Source of the DNA: Dehalococcoidia bacterium
GTDB lineage: Bacteria > Chloroflexota > Dehalococcoidia > SHYD01
DNA length: 39,793 nucleotides
Direction: 5' to 3'
Assembly (NCBI GenBank): GCA_009692935.1
Contig: SHYE01000002.1
Span: 1-39,793, forward strand
A model generated the notes under the pieces. The model was given only the letters and a program-made list of their open reading frames with translations. It searched no databases and was not told the origin of the DNA. How positions within the stretch are numbered: position 1 is the stretch's first letter; the number at the start of each line of letters is the position of its first letter. The translations under genes were made by a program, and so were the position numbers. Positions 7,574 to 15,843 of this stretch are shown piece after piece.

Positions 7574-8641
7574 ATGCCACTGACGCTACAGACGGGCCCC
7601 GTTCCCCTCAGCGCTGGTGGTCTGACCCCCGCTTGGCTCGAAGCAGCACTTGGGGTGGCCGGCATCGCGACGGTCGCCGCAGAACCCCTCGGCACCGGCC
7701 GCGGCTTCGTGGGCCAGACCTTCCGGGTCAGCTACCGCCTTGATGGCCGCCGTACCGCAGAAACGGTCGTGGTCAAGCTTCCGGCGGCGTCCGCCCGGGC
7801 GCGTGCCTCACTGGCGCCCCTTCGCTATGGTGAACGCGAGGCGCACTTCTACACCGAACTGGCGCCTTCCTCCTCGCTGGCCACCGCTCAGTGCCACCAC
7901 GCAGCGCTCGATCCCGCAACCGGGGACGCCGTGCTGGTGCTGCAGGATCTCGGCGACGGCGACCCCGGCGATGATCTGGAGGGCTGTCCGCCGGATCAGG
8001 CGCGGCGCTTGGTGCGGCAACTCGGCGCCTACCATGCCCGCCACTGGAACGCACCAAGCGCCGCGCGCTCCTGGCTGCCCCGCTTCGACCAGGACCAGCC
8101 CGACCGCTACTACGATGTGCTGTGGCGTCGCATGAAGCACCGCCACGCCAGCGTCATCCCGCCCGCCTTCATCGCCATTGGCGACCGGCTTGGCGCAGAG
8201 CTGGCGGCCTTCCGGGCTCGCCTCGCCACGCCGCCGCTCACCATCACCCATGGCGATCTGCGCACCGACAATCTGGTGTTCTACCCCGACCGCGTTGTGG
8301 TGCTCGACTGGCAGGTCATCGCCTGGGCGCGCGGGCCGCTGGACCTGGGTTACTTCCTCACCCAGTCCTTCGCCCCCGACATCCGCCGCGCCTTCGAGCC
8401 CGAACTGCTGGCGGCGTACCACCGCGCCTTGGTCAACGGTGGCGTGCCGGGCTACCAGCAGGAGGCCTGCCGCGATGACATGCGGCTGGGCTGCCTGCAG
8501 AACGCCGCCACCTTCGTGCTGGCTGGCGGCTCGCTCGACTTCACCGGCGACCGCGCCCGTGAGTTGCTGCAGGTCACACTCGAACGCATCACCGCAGCCG
8601 TCGCCGACTGGCAGCCCTTCGATTTGCTAGCCGGGGGCTAG
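7574..8641 (+). CDS. phosphotransferase enzyme family protein (APH / ecdysteroid-kinase-like fold)
   Basis: 355 aa. Has the Brenner-type motif THGDLRTDNLVF followed by VLDWQ. It is colinear with the paralog at 6324..7400. Confidence 0.8.
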   Translation: MPLTLQTGPVPLSAGGLTPAWLEAALGVAGIATVAAEPLGTGRGFVGQTFRVSYRLDGRRTAETVVVKLPAASARARASLAPLRYGEREAHFYTELAPSSSLATAQCHHAALDPATGDAVLVLQDLGDGDPGDDLEGCPPDQARRLVRQLGAYHARHWNAPSAARSWLPRFDQDQPDRYYDVLWRRMKHRHASVIPPAFIAIGDRLGAELAAFRARLATPPLTITHGDLRTDNLVFYPDRVVVLDWQVIAWARGPLDLGYFLTQSFAPDIRRAFEPELLAAYHRALVNGGVPGYQQEACRDDMRLGCLQNAATFVLAGGSLDFTGDRARELLQVTLERITAAVADWQPFDLLAGG

Positions 8642-8756
8642 GCTGTCACACTGAGTGCAACGCACGGTCGATCGGCGGCCACACCCGCATCCGCTCCAGC
8701 GGGTGCCCAGCGCCGAACGGCCAACCCCCAACGGCAGAAAGCCGACGCCCCCCCCC

Positions 8757-9023
8757 ATGAGCTGGCCTCAAGACACGCCTTACACCCAGGTAGCAGGCCC
8801 CTTTGACACCCTCCGCCTCGCCTGGGAAGCCGCCGAGAAGACCTCGGTCGGCCGCAATGTCGCGGTCGACATCGTGGTCGTCAGCACCGACGAGTGGATG
8901 CGCGTGCTCACCGTCGATCCCACCGTGGAAGACAGCCCAACCCTGCTGGCCACCGAACGCGCCGGCTGGGCGTGGTGGGTCGGCGAGCTTCCTGCGCTGC
9001 TTGAGGAATCCGGCCGGGGGTAG
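8757..9023 (+). CDS. hypothetical protein
   Basis: ATG 8757 (MSWPQDTPYTQVAGPFDTLRL...) lies inside ORF 8655..9023. The upstream part of the ORF is Pro/Arg-rich and unlikely to be coding. No family recognised. Confidence 0.4.
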   Translation: MSWPQDTPYTQVAGPFDTLRLAWEAAEKTSVGRNVAVDIVVVSTDEWMRVLTVDPTVEDSPTLLATERAGWAWWVGELPALLEESGRG

Positions 9024-9065
9024 GCCCAGCGCCTTTCGCCAGCCCTCACCCCCGCCAGTGGGCCA

Positions 9066-9949
9066 TCACATCCGCCAGCACCGCCTCAGGTCCGTGTACT
9101 CGAAACTGAAGCCGGCTGCCTGAAACCGGGCGGGATAGCACCGCCGGCCGGTCAGCGCCAGCAGGCCCTCGGTGCGGAACAAATAGCGAGCCCCCAGGTT
9201 CACCAGCAGCGCTGGCGCGGGCGGGCTCCACGGACGTGCAAGGCCTGCCGGAGCGCGTGCATAAACGCCCGGTTGGTCACCGGGGTAGGCCCCGTGGCGT
9301 TGTATACGCCCTCAACGCCGGTGTCCTCGATGCAGCGCAAGAACAGCCGGCACAGGTCGTGCACGTGCAGCCAGCTGATGTACTGCCCGCCGTGGCCGGC
9401 CGTACCGCCCAGAAACCACCGCACGGCCGTACGCATGGTGACCAGCGCCCCACCGCCGGGGCCCAGCACAAAGCCGATGCGCAGCAGCACCTTCCGGGCG
9501 CCCGGCAGCTCCTGCTCGAAGAAGGCGGCCTCCCACTGTTTGCACACCTCCTCCGAGAAGCCCTCGCCCAAGGGAGCATCCTCGTTGCCGGCATCGATGG
9601 TGTCGCCATAGATGTGCAGCGAAGCGGCCTGCACCACCACCGGTGGCGGCGCCGCGCACGCCAGCACCGCCTGATCGATCGCCTGCGCCGAGTCGAGCCG
9701 TGAGTTTAGGATCTCGGCTCGGTTGGCCGGGGTATACACACAACTCACGCTGCGCCCGGTCAGGTTCACCACCGCGTCGGCGCCCTCCAGCGCGGCGACC
9801 CAATCGCCCAGGGTCCTCCCATCCCACGCCACGTCCTCGGGCCGCTCCGGCCGGCGGGTGAGCACCGTCACGCTGTGCCCTCGCGCCACGAGGAACGCCG
9901 ACAGCGCCCGCCCAATGAACCCCGATCCGCCCGGAATCACAACGCTCAT
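9066..9949 (-). pseudogene. TIGR01777/YfcH-type NAD-dependent epimerase (DUF1731 C-terminus) with a 1-nt frameshift near 9233-9238
   Basis: The N-terminus MSVVIPGGSGFIGRAL... is a Rossmann fold. ORF 9200..9949 ends ...ALRQALHVRGARPRQRCW*. Shifting one base after CAC gives (R)PWSPPAPALLVNLGARYLFRTEGLLALTGRRCYPARFQAAGFSFEYTDL...*, which is the expected DUF1731 tail, ending at TGA 9066-9068. Confidence 0.65.
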
Positions 9950-10009
9950 GCTAGCGGCCTCCCCAAGCCATCACTCGGCGCTCCCTAACCGCGCCCGCAC
10001 TCCCATCTA

Positions 10010-10033
10010 CCGTCATGCTGACGCAAGGAAGCA
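10010..10033. repeat. Family A repeat, single arm (GTCATGCTGACGCAAGGAAGCATC)
   Basis: Right-arm type. A left-arm type copy lies at 10227-10248. Confidence 0.7.
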
Positions 10034-10226
10034 TCCCCCGCTTCGCTCCACGCCAAACTCAAGTCCTCGACGTGCGCATTCACCGACCAAACGAGCGCCA
10101 GCTTCTTCCGCCGAACCCAGCCCTAAGCTGCTTCTCGCGCACGCTCGCCGAATACGGATCATCAGCCAACTCAAAGTAGACTAGCTTGCTCACCCGGTAC
10201 CGCCTGGTGAAACCCGGCACTGTGCC

Positions 10227-10248
10227 TGCTTCCGAACGTCAGCATGAC
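10227..10248. repeat. Family A repeat, single arm (TGCTTCCGAACGTCAGCATGAC)
   Basis: Left-arm type copy. Confidence 0.6.
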
Positions 10249-10258
10249 GCCCACCACG

Positions 10259-10540
10259 CTAAGTCACGATATCCGGATGCCCCAGGCCCGCCAGCGCCGC
10301 GAAATACCCCGGCATCCAGTTCTCCACACTCTCGTGGTGATGCAGGCGGCGCGCCCACTGGAACAGCGTGAAGTGATGCACGCCCAAGCGGTACAGCGCC
10401 GGATAGTCGCGCGCCGCCACCGCCTGCCGCTCGTCGAGGGTCAGGTCGCGGTCAGTCAGAAACGCCAGCGGTCCGGCCTGGAACGCCTCCAACGCGCCGG
10501 GCGTGATCAGCACTCCCGCAGCACCTGGTTCATCGCATAC
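10259..10540 (-). CDS. LigA-like small subunit of class III extradiol dioxygenase
   Basis: Reads ...ALEAFQAGPLAFLTDRDLTLDERQAVAARDYPALYRLGVHHFTLFQWARRL..., the LigA (aromatic-ring-opening dioxygenase alpha) pattern. The proposed GTG start at 10540 lies just after the LigB-like stop. The start is uncertain. Confidence 0.55.
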   Translation of the reverse strand, partial: VCDEPGAAGVLITPGALEAFQAGPLAFLTDRDLTLDERQAVAARDYPALYRLGVHHFTLFQWARRLHHHESVENWMPGYFAALAGLGHPDIVT

Positions 10541-10544
10541 CGGC

Positions 10545-11396
10545 TCACGGCGCGGGCTCCAGCGTGTCCCAGATGAAGAACGGCGCACCCTCGCCCCAGC
10601 CGGGATCCTCGGCGTCGGCCACGGCGGGCTGGCGGTCGTTCACCAAGCCTAGCGCCAGAATGTAGTTCATGAAGCCCCAAGTGGCGTTCCCGTGGTCGTT
10701 CAGATTCTCCAGCGACAGCTCACGCAGCGCCTGACTATCGCCGCGGGCCACCAGCGCCACCAGCCGCTCGTCGAACACGGGGTCGTGCCAGCCCCAGCCG
10801 CGCGGTCCGCCAATCTCCAAGCTCATGTGGCCGCTGCACAGCACCGCCACTCGCAGGTCCCGCTCCAGCCCGGTGTCAATGACTTGGCGCAGGGCGCGGC
10901 CCACCTGATGGTCGCGCTTGGCGGTCGGCAGCGGCGGCATCATGGCGTTGCTGAACACCGGCACGATGGGGATGCGCTGTTCCGGCAACAGCGCATGCAA
11001 CGGTACAACCAGCGCATGGTCCAGCCGGAACTCATCGGAGTAGGCGAAGTCGATGCCGGCGTCGTACCCCTGCTGAATGATGGCGATCGCCACGTCGTGC
11101 GCGATCGGCACCCGGTACTCCGGCACGCCGTGCTAGCGCTCCCACAGGAACGGCCCCTCAGCGAAGGGCGCCTTACCCACCAAGAAGCCCGGCATATTGG
11201 CGGTGGATCACTGGTTCAGGTGGTCGCTGCCCACCGCCAGCACTACATCGGGCCGGACGGCGGCCAGCCGCTCCCGGGCGTCGGCGTAGCGTGCCTGCAG
11301 CGCCTCCACCTCCAACCGATCCGTCCCGGCGTTCGCCAAGAACGCCGGCGTCACCGGATTGTGCCCCACCCCGAACACGCCCACGAGCTTTGCCAT
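10545..11396 (-). pseudogene. LigB-type (class III) extradiol ring-cleavage dioxygenase with two in-frame stops (TGA 11208-11210, TAG 11133-11135)
   Basis: One frame reads MAKLVGVFGVGHNP...VLAVGSDHLNQ-TGA-STANMPGFLVGKAPFAEGPFLWER-TAG-HGVPEYRVPIAHDVA... The DH-x-N-x-x-x-x-NMP-x-F segment spans the first stop. ORFs 11208..11396 and 10545..11126 are in the same frame (offset 270 nt). Confidence 0.75.
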
Positions 11397-11565
11397 AGAG
11401 GTTCCTGTCGGTTCAGCCTAGAGGTCTGTAGAATACCAAAGCCCACCGATCTCCTGAGCGTGGAGCGCATACAGGCACCGTTCGATCTGCGGCGAGCCGC
11501 CCGATAGTGATCGCAAACAGGTACGATCGCTACCAGCTCGCCCGCTGGCAGGGAGGGGCTGAACG

Positions 11566-11859
11566 ATGACGGACTGGCAGAACACCCAGCGGATGGCCGC
11601 CGACTCGAAGCACGACCTGGCGGTGTCGGGCCGGCCGGCCAGTGTCGCCGCGCGCGGGGTTCTAAGCAGCAAGAGTCAGGGCCGCGAGATACGGGCTGCC
11701 GTCTATCGCAAAGGCGACGCCAGCGCAGCACCGCTGTTCACCGTTACCACCAAGCGCCCCGCCGAGTCACGGATCGTCGACGTGCGCGATGTGGAATGGG
11801 AAGCGCTGCGCCGCCTGAACAATGCCGACTTCACCGTAGGCGCCGAGTACACCACATAG
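11566..11859 (+). CDS. hypothetical protein (97 aa)
   Basis: GGGAGGGG lies 8 nt upstream of the ATG, and a strong terminator follows at 11892-11936. No family recognised. Confidence 0.5.
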   Translation: MTDWQNTQRMAADSKHDLAVSGRPASVAARGVLSSKSQGREIRAAVYRKGDASAAPLFTVTTKRPAESRIVDVRDVEWEALRRLNNADFTVGAEYTT

Positions 11860-11891
11860 CGGGCTGAACACCCGGCACCACCTGCTTCGCA

Positions 11892-11936
11892 CCAGAGCGC
11901 GGCGCTTCGAGCAATCGGAGCGCCGCGCTCTGGTTT
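11892..11936 (+). terminator. rho-independent terminator
   Basis: CCAGAGCGCGGCGCT-tcgagcaatcgg-AGCGCCGCGCTCTGG followed by TTT. It is a 15-bp perfect stem, 33 nt after the stop of 11566..11859. Confidence 0.75.
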
Positions 11937-12048
11937 AGGGCCCGGCCCAGGCCGTCGCTACAGCCGAGGGGTGATCCGCAACCGGAGGCCGTAGGCGCGT
12001 CAGCGAACCGGCCGCCGACCGGCGATTCGGGCAGTTACGGCAGCGGGG

Positions 12049-12837
12049 TCACGCCAACCGCACGATGAGCGGCTCGCCGGGCCCGATGGCGGGGTAGCGC
12101 TCCATCACTAGGGCGTCGTGGCCGGGGATAACGTGCGCCGGTGAATCCGCCAGCCGGTTCACCGTCTCCCAGCCCTTGCACATCTCTTCCAGATTGTGCA
12201 GCGTCGGAAACGGCCGCTGCTGCTCGATCTCGTCGTACGAATGGGTGGCGTCCGAGGCCAGCACCACCCAACCGCGCGCCGTTTTCACCCGCATGATCTG
12301 CGAGCCGATAGTGTGTCCGCCCACCAGGTGAAGGCTGACGCCTGGCGCCAACTCCTCGTCGCCTTCGTTGAACCGCAGCCGGCCATCGTAGTTGGCGCGC
12401 ACCAGGTTCACAATGTCCTCGGTCTCGATGGAGCGCCGGAAGCGTCCGTGGCGCACCGCGCCGCCGGTGTAGAAGGCCATCTCGCTGGCTTGAATGCAGA
12501 ACGTGGCGCTCGGGAACTGCGTGGTATTGCCTACGTGGTCCCAGTGCATGTGGCTGAGTACCACCTGTTCCACTTTGGCGGGATCGATGCCGAGCGCGCG
12601 GACGCCGTCGACCGGCGAACGCAGATAGTCGCGCCCGCGCTTGGCCGCGACTTCGGCACTGTGGCCGGTATCGAGCACGATGGTGCGGCTGCTGTTGCGC
12701 ACCACCCACACAAAGTAGTCCATGCGGCGGGCAGGTTCATCAGGGCTGGCGCCGATGAACCAATCGTGCGCCGGGGCCATGCGGGTGGCGTAGCGGACGG
12801 CGAAGACTTCGTACTGATCGAGGTTGGGCTCGGACAC
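12049..12837 (-). CDS. MBL-fold metallo-hydrolase (N-acyl-homoserine-lactonase-like)
   Basis: GTG 12837 (VSEPNLDQYEVFAVRYA...) has AGGAG 9 nt upstream. Has the metal motif SHMHWDHVGN. The remaining N-terminal part of ORF 12049..13152 is Arg-rich and non-coding-like. Confidence 0.8.
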   Translation of the reverse strand: MSEPNLDQYEVFAVRYATRMAPAHDWFIGASPDEPARRMDYFVWVVRNSSRTIVLDTGHSAEVAAKRGRDYLRSPVDGVRALGIDPAKVEQVVLSHMHWDHVGNTTQFPSATFCIQASEMAFYTGGAVRHGRFRRSIETEDIVNLVRANYDGRLRFNEGDEELAPGVSLHLVGGHTIGSQIMRVKTARGWVVLASDATHSYDEIEQQRPFPTLHNLEEMCKGWETVNRLADSPAHVIPGHDALVMERYPAIGPGEPLIVRLA

Positions 12838-12857
12838 TGAGGGTGCTCCTGTTAGCG

Positions 12858-13198
12858 CTACCGGGCGGCCTTGATGTTCTGCACGTGGCTCCAGCTTCCG
12901 GTCAGCGAGCCGAGAAACACCCACTCGCTCACGATCTTCGCGTCGACCACGGCTTCGACCGGCAGCCAGAACAACGGCATGTCGAGCTGCCAGGTGATGC
13001 GGCCGTCGATATTCCGCATCTCGGTGGCCTCGACTGCAGGGGCAGCCAGACCCATCACGATGCGATTGACCTTGGGAGTCACTGGTTTGTCGCCGCCGCC
13101 GGCCGGTACGGCAGGAGCAGCCGGGCCTGCGGAGGGGTGGCGCAGGCCGCAAGCGCGAAGCTCAGCACGAGGCCGGCAAAAGGGATACGTTTGAACAT
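12858..13198 (-). pseudogene. small lipoprotein gene, apparently frameshifted after the signal peptide
   Basis: ATG 13198 gives MFKRIPFAGLVLSFALAAC-ATPPQA... (lipobox LAAC) but stops after 39 codons. The +1 frame continues as ORF 12858..13241: ...GPAAPAVPAGGGDKPVTPKVNRIVMGLAAPAVEATEMRNIDGRITWQLDMPLFWLPVEAV... The alternative is that the real gene starts at an internal Met or Val. Confidence 0.4.
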
Positions 13199-13318
13199 GA
13201 CAGCTCCGTCGCGGCGCAGTCGGCAAGTAGCCCGGGCCCACCGCGTTGGCTACCTTATACCACGATGGGCAACGTAGGCCAACGCGCTCCGGGCCTGCCA
13301 GGTCTGCAGCCCATCTCG

Positions 13319-14215
13319 TTAGGGTTCTTCGAACCAGTTCCAGGCGAGGCTCGCGATACGCTGGCCGGTGAACAGCTCGGGCCCGAATTCCTCAGCCATG
13401 TCGTGAATGTACATAGAGATGGCGAAAGCGTACGGCTTGGCGGGGTCGGTGTTCCACACCACGCCCAGGTCGTTCTCCACCTAGGTACCGCTGTTGTCCT
13501 GCAAGTAGCCATTCTTGTGAGCGGCGATGGCAGTCGCGTCTTTGGGCACGCCGGCGGGTATCAGATAATTCAGCCCTGGCTTCACCTGCGTCATCCGCTC
13601 GATCAGGTACTGGCTCCAGTCAGGCGGCAGCATCGCATGGTTCCAAAGACCGGCGCTCAGGCGATTGGCATCGTTCGCGGTGGTGAGGTTGGGGCCGTTG
13701 GCCACGCTATACAGGTGGCCGAAGGCTGGAACGTGGTCGTAGACCGTGCTGGTCATCCCCAGTTCGGCGGCAAGCGCATTCACCTTCTCGACCCCGTGGG
13801 CGAGGTCGCCACCTCCGGTGAGCCTGAGCAGCTGCAGTGACCGGTCGGCGCTGCTGTTGCGGATGGTGTAAGCGATATCGGCGTTCACATACTCGAAGGG
13901 ATAGGCGCCGTTCACTACGTCGCGCACCACGCTCATCAGGACCAGCATGTTGAGGGTGCAGCCGGGGTAGCGCCAGGTGTCGCCGCCCGCCTCGGCAGTC
14001 ACGCCGGTGCTCAGATCGAGGATGGCCGCGGTGACGTTCAGGCGGGAGGCCGTCACAATCTGTTGCAGGCGGTCCTGCAGCACGCCCATGTCGGGTCCCA
14101 CGTAGCGCCCGCCGGGCAGGCGCAGCACGCTCGCTTGCCCAGCGGGCATCAGCGGCCCGAGGCCTAGCGCGGTTAGCGCTGCCCAGTCCCCGCCGCAGAA
14201 ACGCCCGACGATCAT
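13319..14215 (-). pseudogene. class-A beta-lactamase-like serine-hydrolase homolog with in-frame TAG (13481-13483) and substituted active-site motifs
   Basis: Reads ...HKNGYLQDNSGT-TAG-VENDLGVVWNTDPAKPYAFAISMYIHD...EEP-TAA (13319). Total length is 897 nt, in frame. By-eye alignment to the SxxK / SDN / KTG motifs gives CTLN / SSAD / KNG. Confidence 0.65.
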
Positions 14216-14571
14216 GTGATTGCATGCTTACCCCTGCTGCTGTTAACGGCGCCAAGCCAGTGATGTTGCCGCACAGGTTCAGGTTAGGCGGACTAGTTCG
14301 ATGCTTGCCTGACGGGTGGCGGGCGGTTGGGCTACGATTGGTGGCGCATTCCACATGTTCTTCGCCGCCGGGGGGATGTGCAGGAGACGCTGGCGGGCCG
14401 TTGGCGGATCATCAGCTTCAACGTGTCCCTCGCTACCCTTGGCCTGATGCAACGGGCGGCGCGGGTCGTAGCTTGGTTCCATAAGACGCGCCGGGGGTAG
14501 CCGGACCGCGCCCCAAGGAAGAGTCCTTCGGGCGCAAAAAGGAGGGTACTGTATATGGTGCTATCGGGTAG

Positions 14572-14805
14572 ATGGCTCGCGATGAGAAGCTGATCGAGCG
14601 GGTTCGTGATCGGCCCGTTCGAGCCGATTTCAGCGATGTTCGGCGCCTGTTAGAACTGGAAGGTTGGACGCTTGCCGGGACTTCCGGGAGCCACCATCAG
14701 TTCACGAAGCCGGGCGAGCGAACGCTCTCGGTGCCGGTTCACAATCACCGGGTGAAACGCTACATCTTGGACGAGATCTGCCGCCTATTGGGGCTTGATG
14801 CATGA
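14572..14805 (+). CDS. hicA: type II toxin-antitoxin system HicA family toxin
   Basis: 77 aa: ...LLELEGWTLAGTSGSHHQFTKPGERTLSVPVHNHRVKRYILDEICRLLGL, the HicA (YcfA-like) signature. Confidence 0.85.
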   Translation: MARDEKLIERVRDRPVRADFSDVRRLLELEGWTLAGTSGSHHQFTKPGERTLSVPVHNHRVKRYILDEICRLLGLDA

Positions 14806-14815
14806 GGGTTTCAGC

Positions 14816-15313
14816 ATGAGCAAACGACCGCCTCTCAAGTACTATCTCAGCCTGCAGTACCCCCTTAACGTTCTAGCGGATCCTGAGGGCGGTTATGTAG
14901 CGGTATTCCCTGACCTGCCAGGGTGCATGACCCAGGGTGAGACGCTTGAGGAACTTGCCCAGATGGCCGCGGACGCTCGGGGCGGCTGGATGGCGACCGA
15001 GTACGAGCGGGGCAATGACATTCCGTTGCCGACTTATACTCAGGAGCACAGTGGCCGGTTCAACTTGCGGCTACCGAAATCGCTCCATCGTTCGCTAGCT
15101 GAAGCTGCCGAGCGAGAGGGCGTGAGTCTCAATCAGTATGTGCTGTACTTGCTGACCATGAACCACAGTGTCCAGGCAATCAATGCTTGGCCAAGTGCGG
15201 CAGACGCCGATAAAGAGGGCTCCGCTTCGTGGGCAGTTCGTCTCCCAACCAGCGCGAAGCCTACGCGCCGCCGGTCTGCCGGTACACGTGCAGCAGGCGT
15301 TGCATCGCCGTGA
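14816..15313 (+). CDS. hicB: HicB family antitoxin (HicB fold plus ribbon-helix-helix)
   Basis: Reads MSKRPPLKYYLSLQYPLNVLADPEGGYVAVFPDLPGCMTQGETLEEL..., followed by an RHH segment GRFNLRLPKSLHRSLAEAAEREGVSLNQYVLYLL. The long C-terminal tail overlaps the convergent gene ending at 15261, so the true stop is uncertain. Confidence 0.8.
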   Translation: MSKRPPLKYYLSLQYPLNVLADPEGGYVAVFPDLPGCMTQGETLEELAQMAADARGGWMATEYERGNDIPLPTYTQEHSGRFNLRLPKSLHRSLAEAAEREGVSLNQYVLYLLTMNHSVQAINAWPSAADADKEGSASWAVRLPTSAKPTRRRSAGTRAAGVASP

Positions 15314-15842
15314 TGTTGGCGATAACGGCGACCAACGCGACCGCCACTACATGGAGCCCGACCATGAGGCCCAGCCCCATCACCACCACACGCTCGGGGC
15401 GGGCGAACATCCCGACGTCGCAGGTAAGGCCCAGGCCCTCGGCGCGCGCCTTCACGTAGCTGACCATCAGCGAGCCCACCAAGGCCAGCACGCATAGCAG
15501 CACCAGCGTGTTGTCGCTGTTCACGGCACTCCAGTAACACACGCCAATCAGCAATACCGCCTCGTCGTAGCGGTCTAAGGAGGAGTCCAGCAGGGCGCCG
15601 AACACCGTACTGCGGCCCGTCTGGCGGGCGAGGGCGCCGTCCAGCATGTCGAGCGCACCGCCGAACAGGCTAATGGCGCCGGCCCACACCAGCAGGCCGG
15701 ACCCAGCCAGGGCACCGGATGCCACCGCGACCAGGAAGCCGGCCCAGGAGATGGCGTTCGGGGTCACCCCAGTACGGGCAAGCGCGCGCACCACGAAATC
15801 GAGCCAGTGGCGCGGGAAGCGGCTGCGAAGCGCTGGATGCAT
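15261..15842 (-). CDS. CDP-alcohol phosphatidyltransferase (PgsA1/phosphatidylinositol-phosphate synthase-like by context)
   Basis: Has a perfect DG(x)2AR(x)8G(x)3D(x)3D motif, DMLDGALARQTGRSTVFGALLDSSLD, and multiple TM helices. It is the last gene of a 4-gene minus-strand operon. Confidence 0.85.
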   Translation of the reverse strand: MHPALRSRFPRHWLDFVVRALARTGVTPNAISWAGFLVAVASGALAGSGLLVWAGAISLFGGALDMLDGALARQTGRSTVFGALLDSSLDRYDEAVLLIGVCYWSAVNSDNTLVLLCVLALVGSLMVSYVKARAEGLGLTCDVGMFARPERVVVMGLGLMVGLHVVAVALVAVIANITAMQRLLHVYRQTGGA

Positions 15843-15843
15843 A

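Noticed and set aside
12838-13152. N-terminal 105 codons of ORF 12049..13152
   Set aside because: The segment is Arg-rich with no homology signal. A GTG with an AGGAG Shine-Dalgarno at 12837 starts exactly where the MBL-fold sequence begins. This stretch instead overlaps the small lipoprotein gene in another frame.
14279-14482. 67-aa minus-strand ORF in the gap upstream of hicA
   Set aside because: It has no Shine-Dalgarno and no recognisable motif, and its composition is Pro/Ala-rich. It is probably non-coding junction DNA.
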